Positions 13,683 to 26,870 of a stretch of 64,000 bases of DNA are shown piece after piece; positions within the stretch are counted from its first letter, which is position 1; each line of letters starts with the position of its first letter. Origin of the DNA: Eledone cirrhosa (lineage: Eukaryota); contig OZ024743.1 in NCBI GenBank assembly GCA_964016885.1, positions 120,404,001 to 120,468,000 of the forward strand, read 5' to 3'. Under the pieces are notes generated by a model that did no database searches, had not been told where the DNA came from, and saw only the letters and a list, made by a program, of their open reading frames with translations. The translations under genes were made by a program, and so were the position numbers.

Positions 13683-13725
13683 CTCCGATGATTCCAGACA
13701 TCCCTCTGGAAGAAACAATTGTCAG
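13683..13725 (+). ncRNA. Hammerhead motif, CCGAUGA core variant
   Basis: CU CCGAUGA UUCCAGA cauccc UCUGGAA GAAA CAAUUG UC AG, with AATAAA at 13728. Confidence 0.75.
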
Positions 13726-13900
13726 GAAATAAATGTATTAAACTAAGATTTGATTGTTTTAACACTTTGTCTCTCGGCTCCGTAAAACACTTGTTAATTT
13801 GCATTGAGCCTTTTATCATACCAGTAACCGGCTAGTACTTAGTACTACCCTCCATATTTATAATTGTATATTAAACATATAAGTATAAATATAAATATTG

Positions 13901-14029
<129 letters not shown>

Positions 14030-14377
14030 GAGGTAGTAAAGATGCAATTGAATGCGTTCACAAGCAGTATACCAAGATGAGCATACGATGCTCTTGGGAA
14101 GCAGAGTATCAATAGCAATAAATGTGAACAAAGAATCAGCATTGCATCATATACATATTTAATTACATATTACATATGTTTCACTGCATAATCAGCTCAA
14201 GGAACGAACGTTGCTGAAATCTAGGTCGCATACCCACTGGGATTTGACAAACCACAATTTAACATGACTAAAACAACGGTTACACATTTCTTCTAACAAA
14301 GTTTGTGGCAGCTTAAAATAAGGAATCGGGTGTTTAACAATTCAACCACACTTGGACGTGAATTTACATGTGAGAAC

Positions 14378-14468
14378 ACATATCTGAGGAGCTCCCGATT
14401 CAGAGTCAGGATCGAACATTATTCGATCGTTCCTTGAAGTGATCGGCAGTGAAACATATGTTATATGT
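14378..14468 (+). ncRNA. Hammerhead motif with extended stem II
   Basis: ACAUAU CUGAGGA ...ccgauu...gaucgg... GAAA CAUAUG UU AUAUGU (6-bp stem I, palindromic CAUAUG). Confidence 0.75.
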
Positions 14469-14518
14469 AATTAAATATGTATATGATGCAATACGGATTC
14501 TTTGTTCCTATTTATTAC

Positions 14519-14553
<35 letters not shown>

Positions 14554-14567
14554 CACACAAACACACA

Positions 14568-14679
<112 letters not shown>

Positions 14680-15028
14680 GAGGTAGTAAAGATGCAATTG
14701 AATTGCGTTCACAAGCAGTATACCAAGATGAGCATACGATGCTCTTGGGAAGCAGAGTATCAATAGCAATAAATGTGAACAAAGAATCAGCATTGCATCA
14801 TATACATATTTAATTACATATTACATATGTTTCACTGCATAATCAGCTCAAGGAACGAACGTTGCTGAAATCTAGGTCGCATACCCACTGGGATTTGACA
14901 AACCACAATTTAACATGACTAAAACAACGGTTACACATTTCTTCTAACAAAGTTTGTGGCAGCTTAAAATAAGGAATCGGGTGTTTAACAATTCAACCAC
15001 ACTTGGACGTGAATTTACATGTGAGAAC

Positions 15029-15120
15029 ACATATCTGAGGAGCTCCCGATTCCAGAGTCAGGATCGAACATTATTCGATCGTTCCTTGAAGTGATCGGCA
15101 GTGAAACATATGTTATATGT
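15029..15120 (+). ncRNA. Hammerhead motif (duplicate of 14378-14468)
   Basis: Same motif in the second tandem unit. Confidence 0.75.
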
Positions 15121-15170
15121 AATTAAATATGTATATGATGCAATACGGATTCTTTGTTCCTATTTATTAC

Positions 15171-15205
<35 letters not shown>

Positions 15206-15219
15206 CACACAAACACACA

Positions 15220-15355
<136 letters not shown>

Positions 15356-15890
15356 TATGTATGTTGGTATATACACTTGCATAATTCACGACAAAATGGC
15401 GGTACTCATACTAAAAATTGTAATTTGATAATTCCCAGGTTACATTTCATGTAAAAACACTTGAATCTCCAAGTTTTCCTTGCCCTTTGTAATCTTTAAG
15501 CTGACAGCACCACTCCCTCTCATCAGCTTCCCCGCCACCACTATCAACCCTGAAACTACTGTCTATCTCTCAGTCACAATTACACGTGTATCAGCTGTTC
15601 ATCTTCAGCTTGGACCAATCGACTAAATGATGAAAGACCGTGAATAGATGTTAGGGAATGGGTCAGCTGTAAAACGTTCATCGCTTATTAAAATTTCCTT
15701 TTTTTTTCTAGCTGAAGAAGTTTGGCTTCCAGCCGTTGGCTATTGCCACCCCTACCACTGCCATCATCCTCATCACCATTATCTTCACCCCCCTCATCCT
15801 CCTCATCATCATCATCATCAGCCCTACTAATATTACTTCCGATCTTTCACACATTTCCATTCCATCCTATTACAAACACCCAAATTGTCC

Positions 15891-15892
<2 letters not shown>

Positions 15893-15921
<29 letters not shown>

Positions 15922-16001
15922 CTTCTTCTTCTTCTTCTTCTTCTTCTTCTTCTTCTTCTTCTTCTTCTTCTTCTTCTTCTTCTTCTTCTTCTTCTTCTTC
16001 T

Positions 16002-16033
<32 letters not shown>

Positions 16034-16040
16034 TTCTTCT
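15893..16040 (+). repeat. (TTC)n then (GTC)n microsatellite
   Basis: Seen directly. Similar tracts at 40358-40413 and 50787-50879. Confidence 0.95.
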
Positions 16041-16228
16041 TTTTCTTACGCTCCCCTCATTCCCCTTCTTTTTCTTCTTCCTCTTCACTCACGCGCACAT
16101 CCTATATATATTGTTTGTTCTCATGTCTCATGATCTTGGAACATGGGCACAGAACAACTAGTACAACTTCCGTTACCAACCAAAAACGTGTGTGTTCTCT
16201 CTTCATCCGTTCTCTCTCTTCACACACA

Positions 16229-16274
<46 letters not shown>

Positions 16275-16282
16275 TATGTATG

Positions 16283-16316
<34 letters not shown>

Positions 16317-16318
16317 TG

Positions 16319-16357
<39 letters not shown>

Positions 16358-16362
16358 GTATA

Positions 16363-16651
16363 TATCATCTTGGTTAAGAGAGTGGGACTGGCTTTGTGTA
16401 GTGCCTTTGCTCACTATAAAAGCTTCACGGCACAGGCATTGCTTTATATCTGGAGATCTCTCTACACTTGTCCTCACATGGTACCATGGGCCCAGCACTA
16501 TGTGTTAATAATTGTCACAAGTGTAGTGTTTGTACCAGAGTTTTCAAGTCGCTGGTTGGACTAAAAAGTCACACTCGTTCAGCGCATCGGTAGGGGTTCT
16601 GCTACATGGATATAAAGTAGTGGCCGTACTCGAAAACGAGTTGGCAGCCAC
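16363..16651. repeat. Unclassified ~290 bp dispersed repeat (second copy 45433-45719)
   Basis: Near-identical atatcatcttggttaagagagtggg...gagttggcagccac; both copies end at (AT)n. Confidence 0.85.
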
Positions 16652-16708
<57 letters not shown>

Positions 16709-17206
16709 TTAAACTTTATTATCGTTTATTAATCATGTTTAAACTATAAAAAAAAAAGATAATTCTTTACTCTTCTTAATGATGCAAATATAAATAGGAC
16801 ATTTTTAATTACCAAATACCAATTAACGACTGTGTTAATAGAGCCACAAAAAAGAGTTTTATTTAATTTAAAAACAGTTAAGATAAAAGTATTTTAATTT
16901 TAACATTCGATTTTATACTCTGTCTTAAGCAAGTTATTAGTAACTATTTGATTATATCATCCCACGATCTGGTGAGATAGGTAAACAGAAATCTTATCTC
17001 CAGAAACATGATTGAGAATGTTTAAACTGAATAATTAGTTTTCAGCCATATCTGCTAGTTGGATGCTGACTAACTGTTTACCATGGTGTGGAAACTGGGA
17101 ACTATTCTCATTCTTCTCGATTAGGACAGCCACAAAAATCTACAGACGATATATCAATAAATTCATCGTTTGCCAATGAACAGCAGGAAAATGGCCAGCG
17201 TTCATA

Positions 17207-17495
17207 TCTATATATTACTAAAAGTCTTTGATTGCTTGCTTGCTTGTTTGTAATGTAATACAGGCAAAAGGGTGCATAATGGGAAAATACTTTGAAAGGA
17301 AGTTGCCCCTGAAATGGGAGTACAAATGGAATAAAACAAGTTACGCGTAAATCGAAGCACGGGTTCCCGAGATATGGGGTTTTCTGTGTACCTTCATAAA
17401 GAGAGAGAAAGAAGGATAGAGAGAAAAATATAGTGGTTGTGAGAGAATAGATTGAAAGGGAGACATAGAGAGAGGGAGAGGAGACAGAGAAGGAG

Positions 17496-17554
<59 letters not shown>

Positions 17555-17908
17555 TGGTCGTGTTGTTGTGTATATATATATGAATGTGTGTGTATATATA
17601 TATATGTGTGTGTGTATGTGTGTGTGTGTCTATGACCAGTGTATATAGATCACAGACACCCACATATATATATATATACACACACACACATACACATATA
17701 TATATATATGCATAAAAGCACACACATTTATATATATATATATATATACATACACGCACGTATATATATATGGGCCTTCGAGTTTTATTTCACATTATAT
17801 ACATGTCTGTGTATATTTTAATTATTTGAAAATTATTTTTAAGTGAACACGATTTAAAAAAAAATATTTATATGTGAACGTGACCCCCACGGGTCACGGG
17901 TGGTCTAG
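17207..17908 (+). mobile_element. Non-autonomous Helitron with canonical ends
   Basis: A|TCTATATATT at 17207, CTAG|T at 17905-17908, and a perfect 8-bp hairpin CGTGACCC-ccac-GGGTCACG (17879-17898). The interior is largely microsatellite. Confidence 0.85.
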
Positions 17909-18067
17909 TTTTAAATAATGTTCGACAAAATTTGGGCTTGTTTGATATACTGCCTGTAAAGAGAAACTTGTATGAATCTAACACCAACAGTTAAACATGA
18001 TAGCAGGAATTTGTGACTGTATGCCTGTAAATATGGTCGATCCCTACCTCATATTAAGAGCATTCGA

Positions 18068-18234
18068 CATAGAGCTATGGCCCTTTACGTTCTGAGTTCA
18101 AATCCCGCTTAACCTTTCATCCTTACGGGGGTCGATGAAATAAAGCACCAGTAATGCACTGAGGTTGATTTAATCGACTTTCCACCCCCCCCTTCAAATT
18201 GCTGGCCTTGTGCCTAAAGTAGAAACAATTATTA
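18068..18234 (+). mobile_element. tRNA-SINE, 5'-truncated long form
   Basis: B-box GAGTTCAAATCC plus core and tail. Confidence 0.85.
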
Positions 18235-18360
18235 ATAGTAACCCTATCTAGAGAACTTGATTAAGACTCAATATTACAAGAATAATTTGAAACGATTGTG
18301 AATATTTCTACATGGCAACAACCCGATGCACACAGGCGGAATAATGAAAGAACTCACAAA

Positions 18361-18553
18361 TAATTGTTTCTACTTTTGGCACAAGGCCAGCAATTATCCC
18401 AGTGCATTACTGGTACTTTATTTTATCGACCCCGTTAGGACGAAAGGCAAAGTTAACCACGGCGGGATTTGAACTCAGATCATAAAGGGAGGTAACTCTA
18501 TGCTTCAAAGCATGGCGTCCGACCCTTACCGATACTGCCAATCCACCGCCCTT
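18361..18553 (-). mobile_element. tRNA-SINE, short form
   Basis: Full head, core and tail. Confidence 0.85.
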
Positions 18554-19486
18554 AAAGAACTCACAAATAATGAAAGAATTTACCAGTGTCGCAGTTAGTG
18601 GTAGTACAAATCCTTCGCTTAAATCCGATAGAGAACTTATAAAAATACATGAAACTGAGTAAATTTTATAATTGTATATCAAAACAAAAAAGTGTAGGAA
18701 GAAATTTCAGATAATGTATTCATCAAAATTATAGATGCAATGTTTCGTAAATGTTATCCCGTTTTCAGAAAATACCTGACCAAGTATTACTGTCATCTGG
18801 TTTTAATCTTTTCGATTTTTAATTTACAAAACATTACATGCATTAAATGTTCAGAAATTAAGTGATGTTCATTTCTGTAGCGTTATTGATATTGTCAATA
18901 ATTGCATTAAGTTAATTAAATCATTAATTACTATTTCTTCATGTTTAAATTTACATAATTTAAAAGAGTAAACCATTATTTCTATTCATGTATAGTTTGA
19001 ATTGTTCGTAATTAAATTTGTCAAAAATGACAGGATATGGAAGCAACTTTTAGTATTAAATTAATTAATGTAATTTCTTGATTTAGCATTATTTGTGAAG
19101 ACATTCTATTCCCTAAAGTTTTCATATTCGTAATCTTCAACCTGAAATTTGGAGCTATTTTAATTCCTGGTTTTAGCACCTGAACATAGTTTACTGCAAG
19201 AATAAACGTACTTTTTAAAAGATTGGTCTCGCGATTTATTTATCGTTATTTCAAATGCAGGAATACATAGATATTATGTAATTTTTCAGTAAGAATTGTA
19301 CGGTTTCATTCTTGGGATGAGCAATCCAAGGTTGGCTTTTGTACTTGTATAGTTCATGTGGTGATATAATAACTAAATAAAGAAGAAACAGAACGGGAAT
19401 GGCGAGGGGATGGCAAAAGCTCTGGTGTCGCAGAAGAGAGGGGAGGGGGAGGGCGATTGTGTTTTGGATCTAGGGCAAGAGCGCAG

Positions 19487-19884
19487 AGGTGCTGCGCCCC
19501 GCGTTGACAAGACTGCAAAAACATTACCCCGCACGATGGCAAGTGACACCTGCTACAACAGCCACCCAACTTCGCGAGGCTCCCTCCTCAGACGGGCCAC
19601 CGACTCTCTGATTTTGCGGAGGAGCTCGGCAGTACGGGGTCCAAGTACGCCTGAGGTCTCGACAGCGACCGGTGTGAAGAGAAAGCGGCCGGACAATCCC
19701 TGGTGTTTGTTTATTTTACGTTCTTCTGTGAGGCGGGCTGCGATGCCGGGGTTTATGGCCGAAGCGACTAAGTTGGAGGCGGAGAACGTATCGCAGCAGG
19801 TGGCGTCCCAGATGAGAGATCTACCTCCTTCGAATGGGAAAAGGGTGATTCCGTCGGGGCGCTTGCCATCTCCGCGGTCTAGGC
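19487..19884 (-). mobile_element. CRE-clade non-LTR retrotransposon 3' fragment (RLE domain)
   Basis: Minus strand reads GLDRGDGKRPDGITLFPFEGGRSLIWDATCCDTF...AVETSGVLGP...QVSLAIVRGN. Confidence 0.85.
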
Positions 19885-20340
19885 CAATATGTTGTAGAGA
19901 GCGGCAATGTCATTTAAAAGTTCAATGTTTGGATCCAAATTTTGAAGGAGTATTATTATGGAATCTCTTTTCAGTTTCAGTTTACGAAGGAGCATTTTTG
20001 ATAAGATTTGTTCATTCAAAAATAGAAAAGGTAAATTTATTGCCAATTCCTCATCAGCATTAACCTGTAAGTGTGCAATTTTGTATTTTGTGACATCACC
20101 CAGAATACAGTCCAATAACCGATTGTTATAGATGTATAGATGCATTATTGTTTTCCTTTTAAAAAGGATTATATTTACGGAAAATCCATATGTTGATTCC
20201 TTACTTGTGACATCGAATGAATTACCACATATTTTCTCAGTTATATTTCGTTCGATGATCATATCAGAAGGAACTTTGATACTAATGGCATCCACTGACA
20301 CACCATGTTGTAGAATTAAATCTCTAATTTTGAGAAGCTC
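19885..20340 (-). mobile_element. Helitron RepHel PIF1-helicase fragment
   Basis: NNRLLDCILGD...NLPFLFLN.....LRKLKLKRDSIIILLQNLDP...LLND matches the P.EFLN..P.H.L.LK.G....LLRNL...L.NG motif of PIF1 domain 2B. Confidence 0.75.
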
Positions 20341-20705
20341 TACTTTCTATGTCAGCTCTTCCCATGGATTTGGTGTAGCTCACCCTCAGATTTATAGGTC
20401 CATTCAAACCATCAACATTTATAACACAGTTATTAAAACTGTTGCAGTATGATTACTACACTAACTACTATTTACTATAAGAAAACTTATTGTTAGTATA
20501 ACATTTAGGAATTTTAAATTCTTAAAACATTAATGATGTGATCAACATTTAACCAGGAAATGTGGACGGCACTGGCTCAGAGGTCAAATTCTTCGACCTG
20601 TCTTGATGATCGGCGCATTTATTTGTATTATCTATCAGATTTCATGATGGATGGCTTTATAGCTTAAGGATGCGAAAATATGATGGCGTTAAATTTGAAT
20701 AGGCT

Positions 20706-20893
20706 AATAATTGTTTATAATTTAGGCACAAGGCCAGCAATTACCCAGTGCATTACTGGTACTTTATTTTATCGACCCCGTAAGGATGAAAGGCAAAGTC
20801 AACCTCGGCGGGATTTGAACTCAGATCGTAAAGGGACGTAACTATGCTGGAAAGCATGGCGTCCGACCCTCTACCGATACTGCCAATCCACCA
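20706..20893 (-). mobile_element. tRNA-SINE, short form, young
   Basis: Almost identical to the reverse complement of 55430-55615. Confidence 0.9.
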
Positions 20894-20949
20894 GGAATGA
20901 CATAAAATAACTTTTAAGTTTAAAATTAATTTCAGGGTGAGTTTTGTCT

Positions 20950-21215
20950 GTTGCCAGCCGGCGCTATGAAAACCAACATTGCAGATGAGTTCAGCGCAGC
21001 GTCGGATGGTGGCATCAATTTCGACGAAGTGATCTGCAAGAGGTTCACAAGGCGTACCGCGCAGCTAGGAGAGGAATTTGGGTTGGGAGAAGCAGTTACT
21101 CAAGAGGAAAAGCATCAAAGAGGCTGGGTGACGTAGTAAATTGGGATGTCTGGTTGCATGAACAGCTGCCTCACATCCGTACATAATTCTCACTCCGAGT
21201 TGGATATGGCTTTCA
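20950..21215 (-). mobile_element. Degenerate CRE-clade RT fragment
   Basis: Minus strand encodes GCEAAVHATR (compare GCEEASHATR in the 32741-33490 ORF). Confidence 0.55.
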
Positions 21216-21621
21216 AATTATAATGCAATCTTACATTATTGTAAGATCAATGCACTACATTGTACGTAAATTCTGGACATAGTAAAACCTGCTCACATCT
21301 TCTTTATAATAAATACCCAACCAAAGATACATCTTTGCGAATATTTGGAAAAGTTGAATCCAATACACAGCAGATTGCACAATACCATACTCAACCATCT
21401 GAAAATCTTTCAAGTTTGGCAAAAATCATGAGTTCATCACAAACGATATGGTATTGTGTAATAAACCATATTAAACAAGTCATTTCTGAATGCTTTTCAC
21501 CGTGGTTGTCAACTGATGCAAATGATGTTGACAAAAATGAAGGCCAACTTGATTAAGTGCTGGAATGATATTACAACTTAATTTTCTTCTTACCAGGACA
21601 AATTGTCATTCCAGCTATGAA

Positions 21622-21703
21622 AAACAACAAAAGAAAACAAAAGAAAACAAAAGAAAACAAAAGAAAACAAAAGAAAACAAAAGAAAACAAAAGAAAACAA
21701 AAA
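21622..21703 (+). repeat. (AAGAAAACAA)n decamer tandem repeat
   Basis: About 7 units seen directly. Confidence 0.95.
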
Positions 21704-24554
21704 AACAACACCCTCCACCAAAAACCCGGAAGTATACAAAAAACTGAAAGTATAAAACGTACTTACTTTTTTTAAATAATTAAGTACCAATAACGAATAT
21801 TCATTACTTTAAAATATCATTTTTTTAATTTCTAAAGAGGGAAGCAAATATCATTGATATTTGCTTCCCTCTTTCGAAATTAAAAAAATTAATAGCTCAT
21901 TACATGCACTGTCCATATTCTGTTTATATGCTTTTAATTATTCTTTTTTTTGTATAATGTTGTTTGCGTCAGTAATTCTATTCTTTTTCATAATTAATAC
22001 AACACAACATGTTCACTTTTTAGAAGTGAAATATACCGACATCCTGACGCTTTCGTTCTTGCTGTATTATATTATATTAATTAAATTTATGATTAGGAAT
22101 TCATCAGTAAAATTGTTTTGTTTTTTTAATTTAGGGATTTTTTAATATAACCCTCATCCGTTTCTGTTTACTTGCTTACTTGCAACGATTTTTTAATTAC
22201 TTTTTTTTTTACAATATTGTTGCTATTTCCATCTGCTTTCTCTTCAAGTAATACTTTTTTAAATAATTAATATTATATATCTAAAATGTTGCAATTTTCC
22301 TCTGCATTCTCTTCAACATAAATCCTTCTAGCTGGCCTTTCACTTTTTATGAGAAAAAAATGTTATTTATTTTCTCTCATTGCTTGATTAGAAAATCATA
22401 AAAAATAATAGTTGTTCGTTTTTAAAATAAATAATATGTCACTATTTCCATTGTCCAGTTCCTATTTATATGTTCATTTCAAATAGTTTTGTTCTCTCTT
22501 AACATTTTTTTTTAAAGATACTGCGATGTAGCTATATGTAGTTGGGTTTTGACATTTTAAAAGGAAATTCACCCTCGTCTTTTGCCCAACTATCCTTCTT
22601 CATAACCCACATTTCACAACACATCTCTCATTCCCGCACACAAAAGATTTGATTGAAACACGGTGGTAGTCGGTTGGCCCAGAGAACGGTAATATGCAAT
22701 TCGAACTTTACAAGTATACAGCATGTAATTTGCAAGTCAGTCATAGAGAAAAACACAACTATACTACGAATTCTAGAAAAAAAAACATGAAGACATCAAT
22801 CTTCGAAAGGAATCGAGAAAAAGTGCTGGAAATTGACAAGAAATGTAAGGAGAAACAAAAACAAGTTAGAGGTTGGAGAAAGAATAAAACAAACGCAACA
22901 TGAAATACAAGAAGCAACGAAAGTAAGGTCCATAGAGAGTGTGCTTCACTGAATTAAAGGCTGCTAATCGAATATGTACACATTTGACAGCATAGTTATT
23001 CTTTAATCAAAAACATGTGCGGATGTGAGGACTGCTCTATTCATCCATTCTATGTTATTAAGTGTTTATGACATTAAGACTATTAGGCCACAGCACAGAA
23101 AATTCTAAGCTGTTGTTTCGTACAACAAATCTGGGACAGCTTAATTAAAACCTGGTAATTTATGAAATATATATAACTAAAAACTGATGATCCCAATAAC
23201 TAAAAATGACGTATTAATCTGTAAAAACAAAGTTTAAACATTTTTTTTTTCGGTTTTAAAGTTTTATGAATTTGAGGTTAAGGTCATAAGTTCAGCCAAT
23301 GAGCATCGCCGTCCCAAGCGTATGAAGAACCGATGAAGCAACTGAACAATTGCGACAGCCGTTCTATGTAGGTGAAAATCAAGGTGTCGGCATCTGCGTA
23401 TAACACATTTTCGACCAGAGGTGTTTTGCGTAATACATGTTGATCCTTTGGTGAAAAATAATTTTATTACATTTATTAATAACCGATAAAATCGACCGTC
23501 TTGTTGGAAAATTGTTCACATTATATAGGTAGTGTTTAGAAAGACAGAGTAAATAAGTGGTATTGGAGATGAGGTTGATATCGATGAAATTGAGGTTTTT
23601 GATGTACAGCTTGTATATATGTACGTGTGACGGAAAACAAACAAACAAAATATGGTTGCGTTTAGTGTGTGGTCTGTGATGGGAAATGCATTTTTAGTGA
23701 CCGTACAAGTGAATCTGAGTGGAAAGGGTATACAAGTAACAAATTCATAGTCGCATAGTGATATAAGAGACAGAGAAAAGATAACACATCTGTGCTAGTG
23801 ATTAAAATGTATTGACAATTGAATCTTTGTCGGTGGTCTACTGGCATAAGAGTGTTGTGTGTGTAAAGGCATCAACATCCCATAGCTGTAAGCAGTATTC
23901 CAATGTGGGTCGTTTTGAACTATTGTTTTAATTTAGGATTGATGCGATGATTCATTGGTTTGAGATGTTTGATGGAGAGGTATTTGGTATTTTAGTAGAT
24001 GCAAGAGTGATAATGAAGGGTGTGCAAATATTTTAGAATAACAATGGAGTTTTACCCTAAAGGATGGGGATAAGAATGGACTGGCAAAATGGAAGATTAT
24101 TTGTGCATACGTTTGGTGTATGTACTTGAAATAAAGGCAGGTAGTGTTTGTAATCAGTGTGTTGGATTGCAGTGTACAGAACCACATGTAGCCTGTTGCT
24201 ATAGTAAACGTAAGAAAAATTGAATAAAAGGCTGTTGGCAAGAGTCCTAAATGCATGGATATAGCAGTACAACAGTGCAACGCAGCATTTGCTAATTCGA
24301 TGGCGCTTCATTTGAAAGTATCTTTTGAAGAGGTTCAGATGATAATAGAGATCCGTATTTTCAGCATGAACTGTTGAAATATAGCATCTGAAAAATTATT
24401 TAGCGCTTATTTAATAGTCCTTTTTGTTACTTTGTCAGGGATTTTCAGAATTTAGTGTAATGTTTCAAATAAAGGTGGCAAAATCAAAAATTCAAAATGC
24501 AGTCGAATTTTATTTGCTGGTTTTATAATTCATAAGTGTACCGTTATAATTTTC

Positions 24555-24940
24555 CCATGGTGACACGGCAAAAAGCGTCCAGCCCACACTGTAAAGTGGT
24601 CGTGTAGGTGTCACGACAAAACGTACCCAGTTCACACTGTAAAGTGGTCGCGTACGGCAAAAAGCGCCCAGCCCACATTGTAAAGTAGTCGTATAGGTGT
24701 CACGAGAAAAAGCACCCAGTCCACATTGTAAAGTGGTCGTGTTGGTGACACGTCGAAAAGCACCCACTACTCACTGTAAATGAGGTTGGCGTCAGGAAAG
24801 ACATCCAGCTGTAGAAACCAAGCCCAAATCAGTTCTATATGTGCAAGACATGGTCACCTGACCTAGAATTGCTCACAACAGAACAACTCGTCTAACCCAT
24901 GCTAGTGTGGAAAAATGGACGCAAAACGGTGATGATGATG
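24555..24940 (+). mobile_element. SINE/LINE-tail repeat preceded by an internal ~47 bp minisatellite (about 5 units)
   Basis: Repeated cacactgtaaagtggtcgt units, then ggttggcgtcaggaaagacatccagctgtagaaacc...ccatgctagtgtggaaaaatggacg and a (GAT)n tail. Confidence 0.6.
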
Positions 24941-25116
24941 AACATTTCTATTATAAAAAATTATTTGATTATTTTAAACTATTCATCAATTGAACGTTTA
25001 CCTTTCTTGTGTTTATATTTGACCAATATATATTAAATGGGATTTCGGATTTCAACTAAAAGAGTTAATCATCATCTCTTATGTGACAAGAAATAACAAA
25101 ACACACACACACACGC

Positions 25117-25192
<76 letters not shown>

Positions 25193-25315
25193 TGGTTTTC
25201 TTTCTTTAGATAATTGCTTATAAAGTTCGATATTTACTAAATAAACAGATTTAGATGAAAAAAAAATTGACCATCCACTGTATCATTATATCACTCTATC
25301 AATCCATCACTGTAA

Positions 25316-25607
25316 AGGCGCATGGTTTTGTGGTTAGAGAGTTTGACTCACGTTCGTAGCGGCGTGTTGTGTCCTTGAGCAAGACACTCTATTTCACGTT
25401 GCTCTAGTCTATTAAATTGGCAAGAATAAGTTGTACCTGTAATTCAAAGGACCGACCCTGTCACACACTATACCATGCTGAATCTTTCCGAGAATTACCA
25501 TTATGGGTACACGTGTCTATAGAATGCTCAGACATGCACGTTAATTTCACGAGCAGGCTGTTCTGTTATCCGAACAACTGGAACACTCGTCCTCACAACC
25601 GACGGAG
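25316..25607 (+). mobile_element. Second tRNA-derived SINE family (related fragment 46660-46813, minus)
   Basis: ggcgcatggt..gtggttagag head and gttgtgtccttgagcaagacact central domain. Confidence 0.7.
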
Positions 25608-26510
25608 GTCCAAAACTGCATCACTGTATTATTGAATCATTTTGAGAAAAGTAGTTTATGGATAAAGATCACACAGAGGAAAACATACAAAGATAATCAA
25701 AAATAATGAGATAAGGTATATTAGTTTAGAGTTGTTGAATTCTAGATTTACTTGCTGATGTGATTATCATAATTATCGAATGTCAAAAAATTAAAAAAAT
25801 GGCTTCTCCACGAACGAAAATAAAATAAAATTAATAATCATTCATGAAATATATTCAGAAAATAAAAATGCCTATGCATTAAATTGAAAATGTCAAATAC
25901 TTCTTTTTTATGTCTAGTTAGAGGAAGAGCGTATGTTCTCGTATCTTTGTAAGCCATCCATGACTGATGTGATCGATAGGATTTATGTTTAGTCTGAACA
26001 TTTGTAGGCTGATATATTTAGAGAAAAATGTTGGTGCGTGTGGAAATTCGGGAGGTCATTAATCAGCTTGAAAAGTGTTCAGTGCGGTCGAAGGAGGTGA
26101 GAAACAGCAGGAACGACAGATCGACTTGAGCTACAAGGAGGCAAAAAAAAATACAATAAATAAAATTAAAAAAATAACGTGCATATGAGCTAAATGTAGC
26201 ATGGTGATGAATGAATGCCAAGCAATCAAATAATCTTTTAGACTCAGTCTAAGACGTTTGTATGAGTGTGAAGTATCTTCGAATGGAGTTTTTGTTTTAT
26301 TTATTTCATTTTATATCGTAATTCACGAACAATAGTGTCATTTGTTGCATATTTCCAGCAGTTTAATTACCTATTCACTGCATTTCTGAAAGCGAAAATA
26401 ACAAGGACGTATCTATAACTCGATGCAAAACAGCCATCTCAAGTAAAATCGTTCGTAAATACCGGTTTTCAACTGTCACCGTGTAAAACAAGCATACATA
26501 GTTTCCTCCT

Positions 26511-26574
<64 letters not shown>

Positions 26575-26784
26575 CATGATGAAATTAATCAAATAAATTA
26601 TGTGATAAATCCTTTTAGAATAGAAATTTGAAATCTCTCCCTCTCTCATCCTCTCCCTCTCTCCCTCTCTCTGTATACACACACATACATATATATCTAT
26701 ATATCTATTAGAGTGTGTGGGGCCCCGACGGCTGAGATCTTGATATTTCGATGGCTAATTCCCGAATTGCTAGTTTAAAACTGG

Positions 26785-26870
<86 letters not shown>

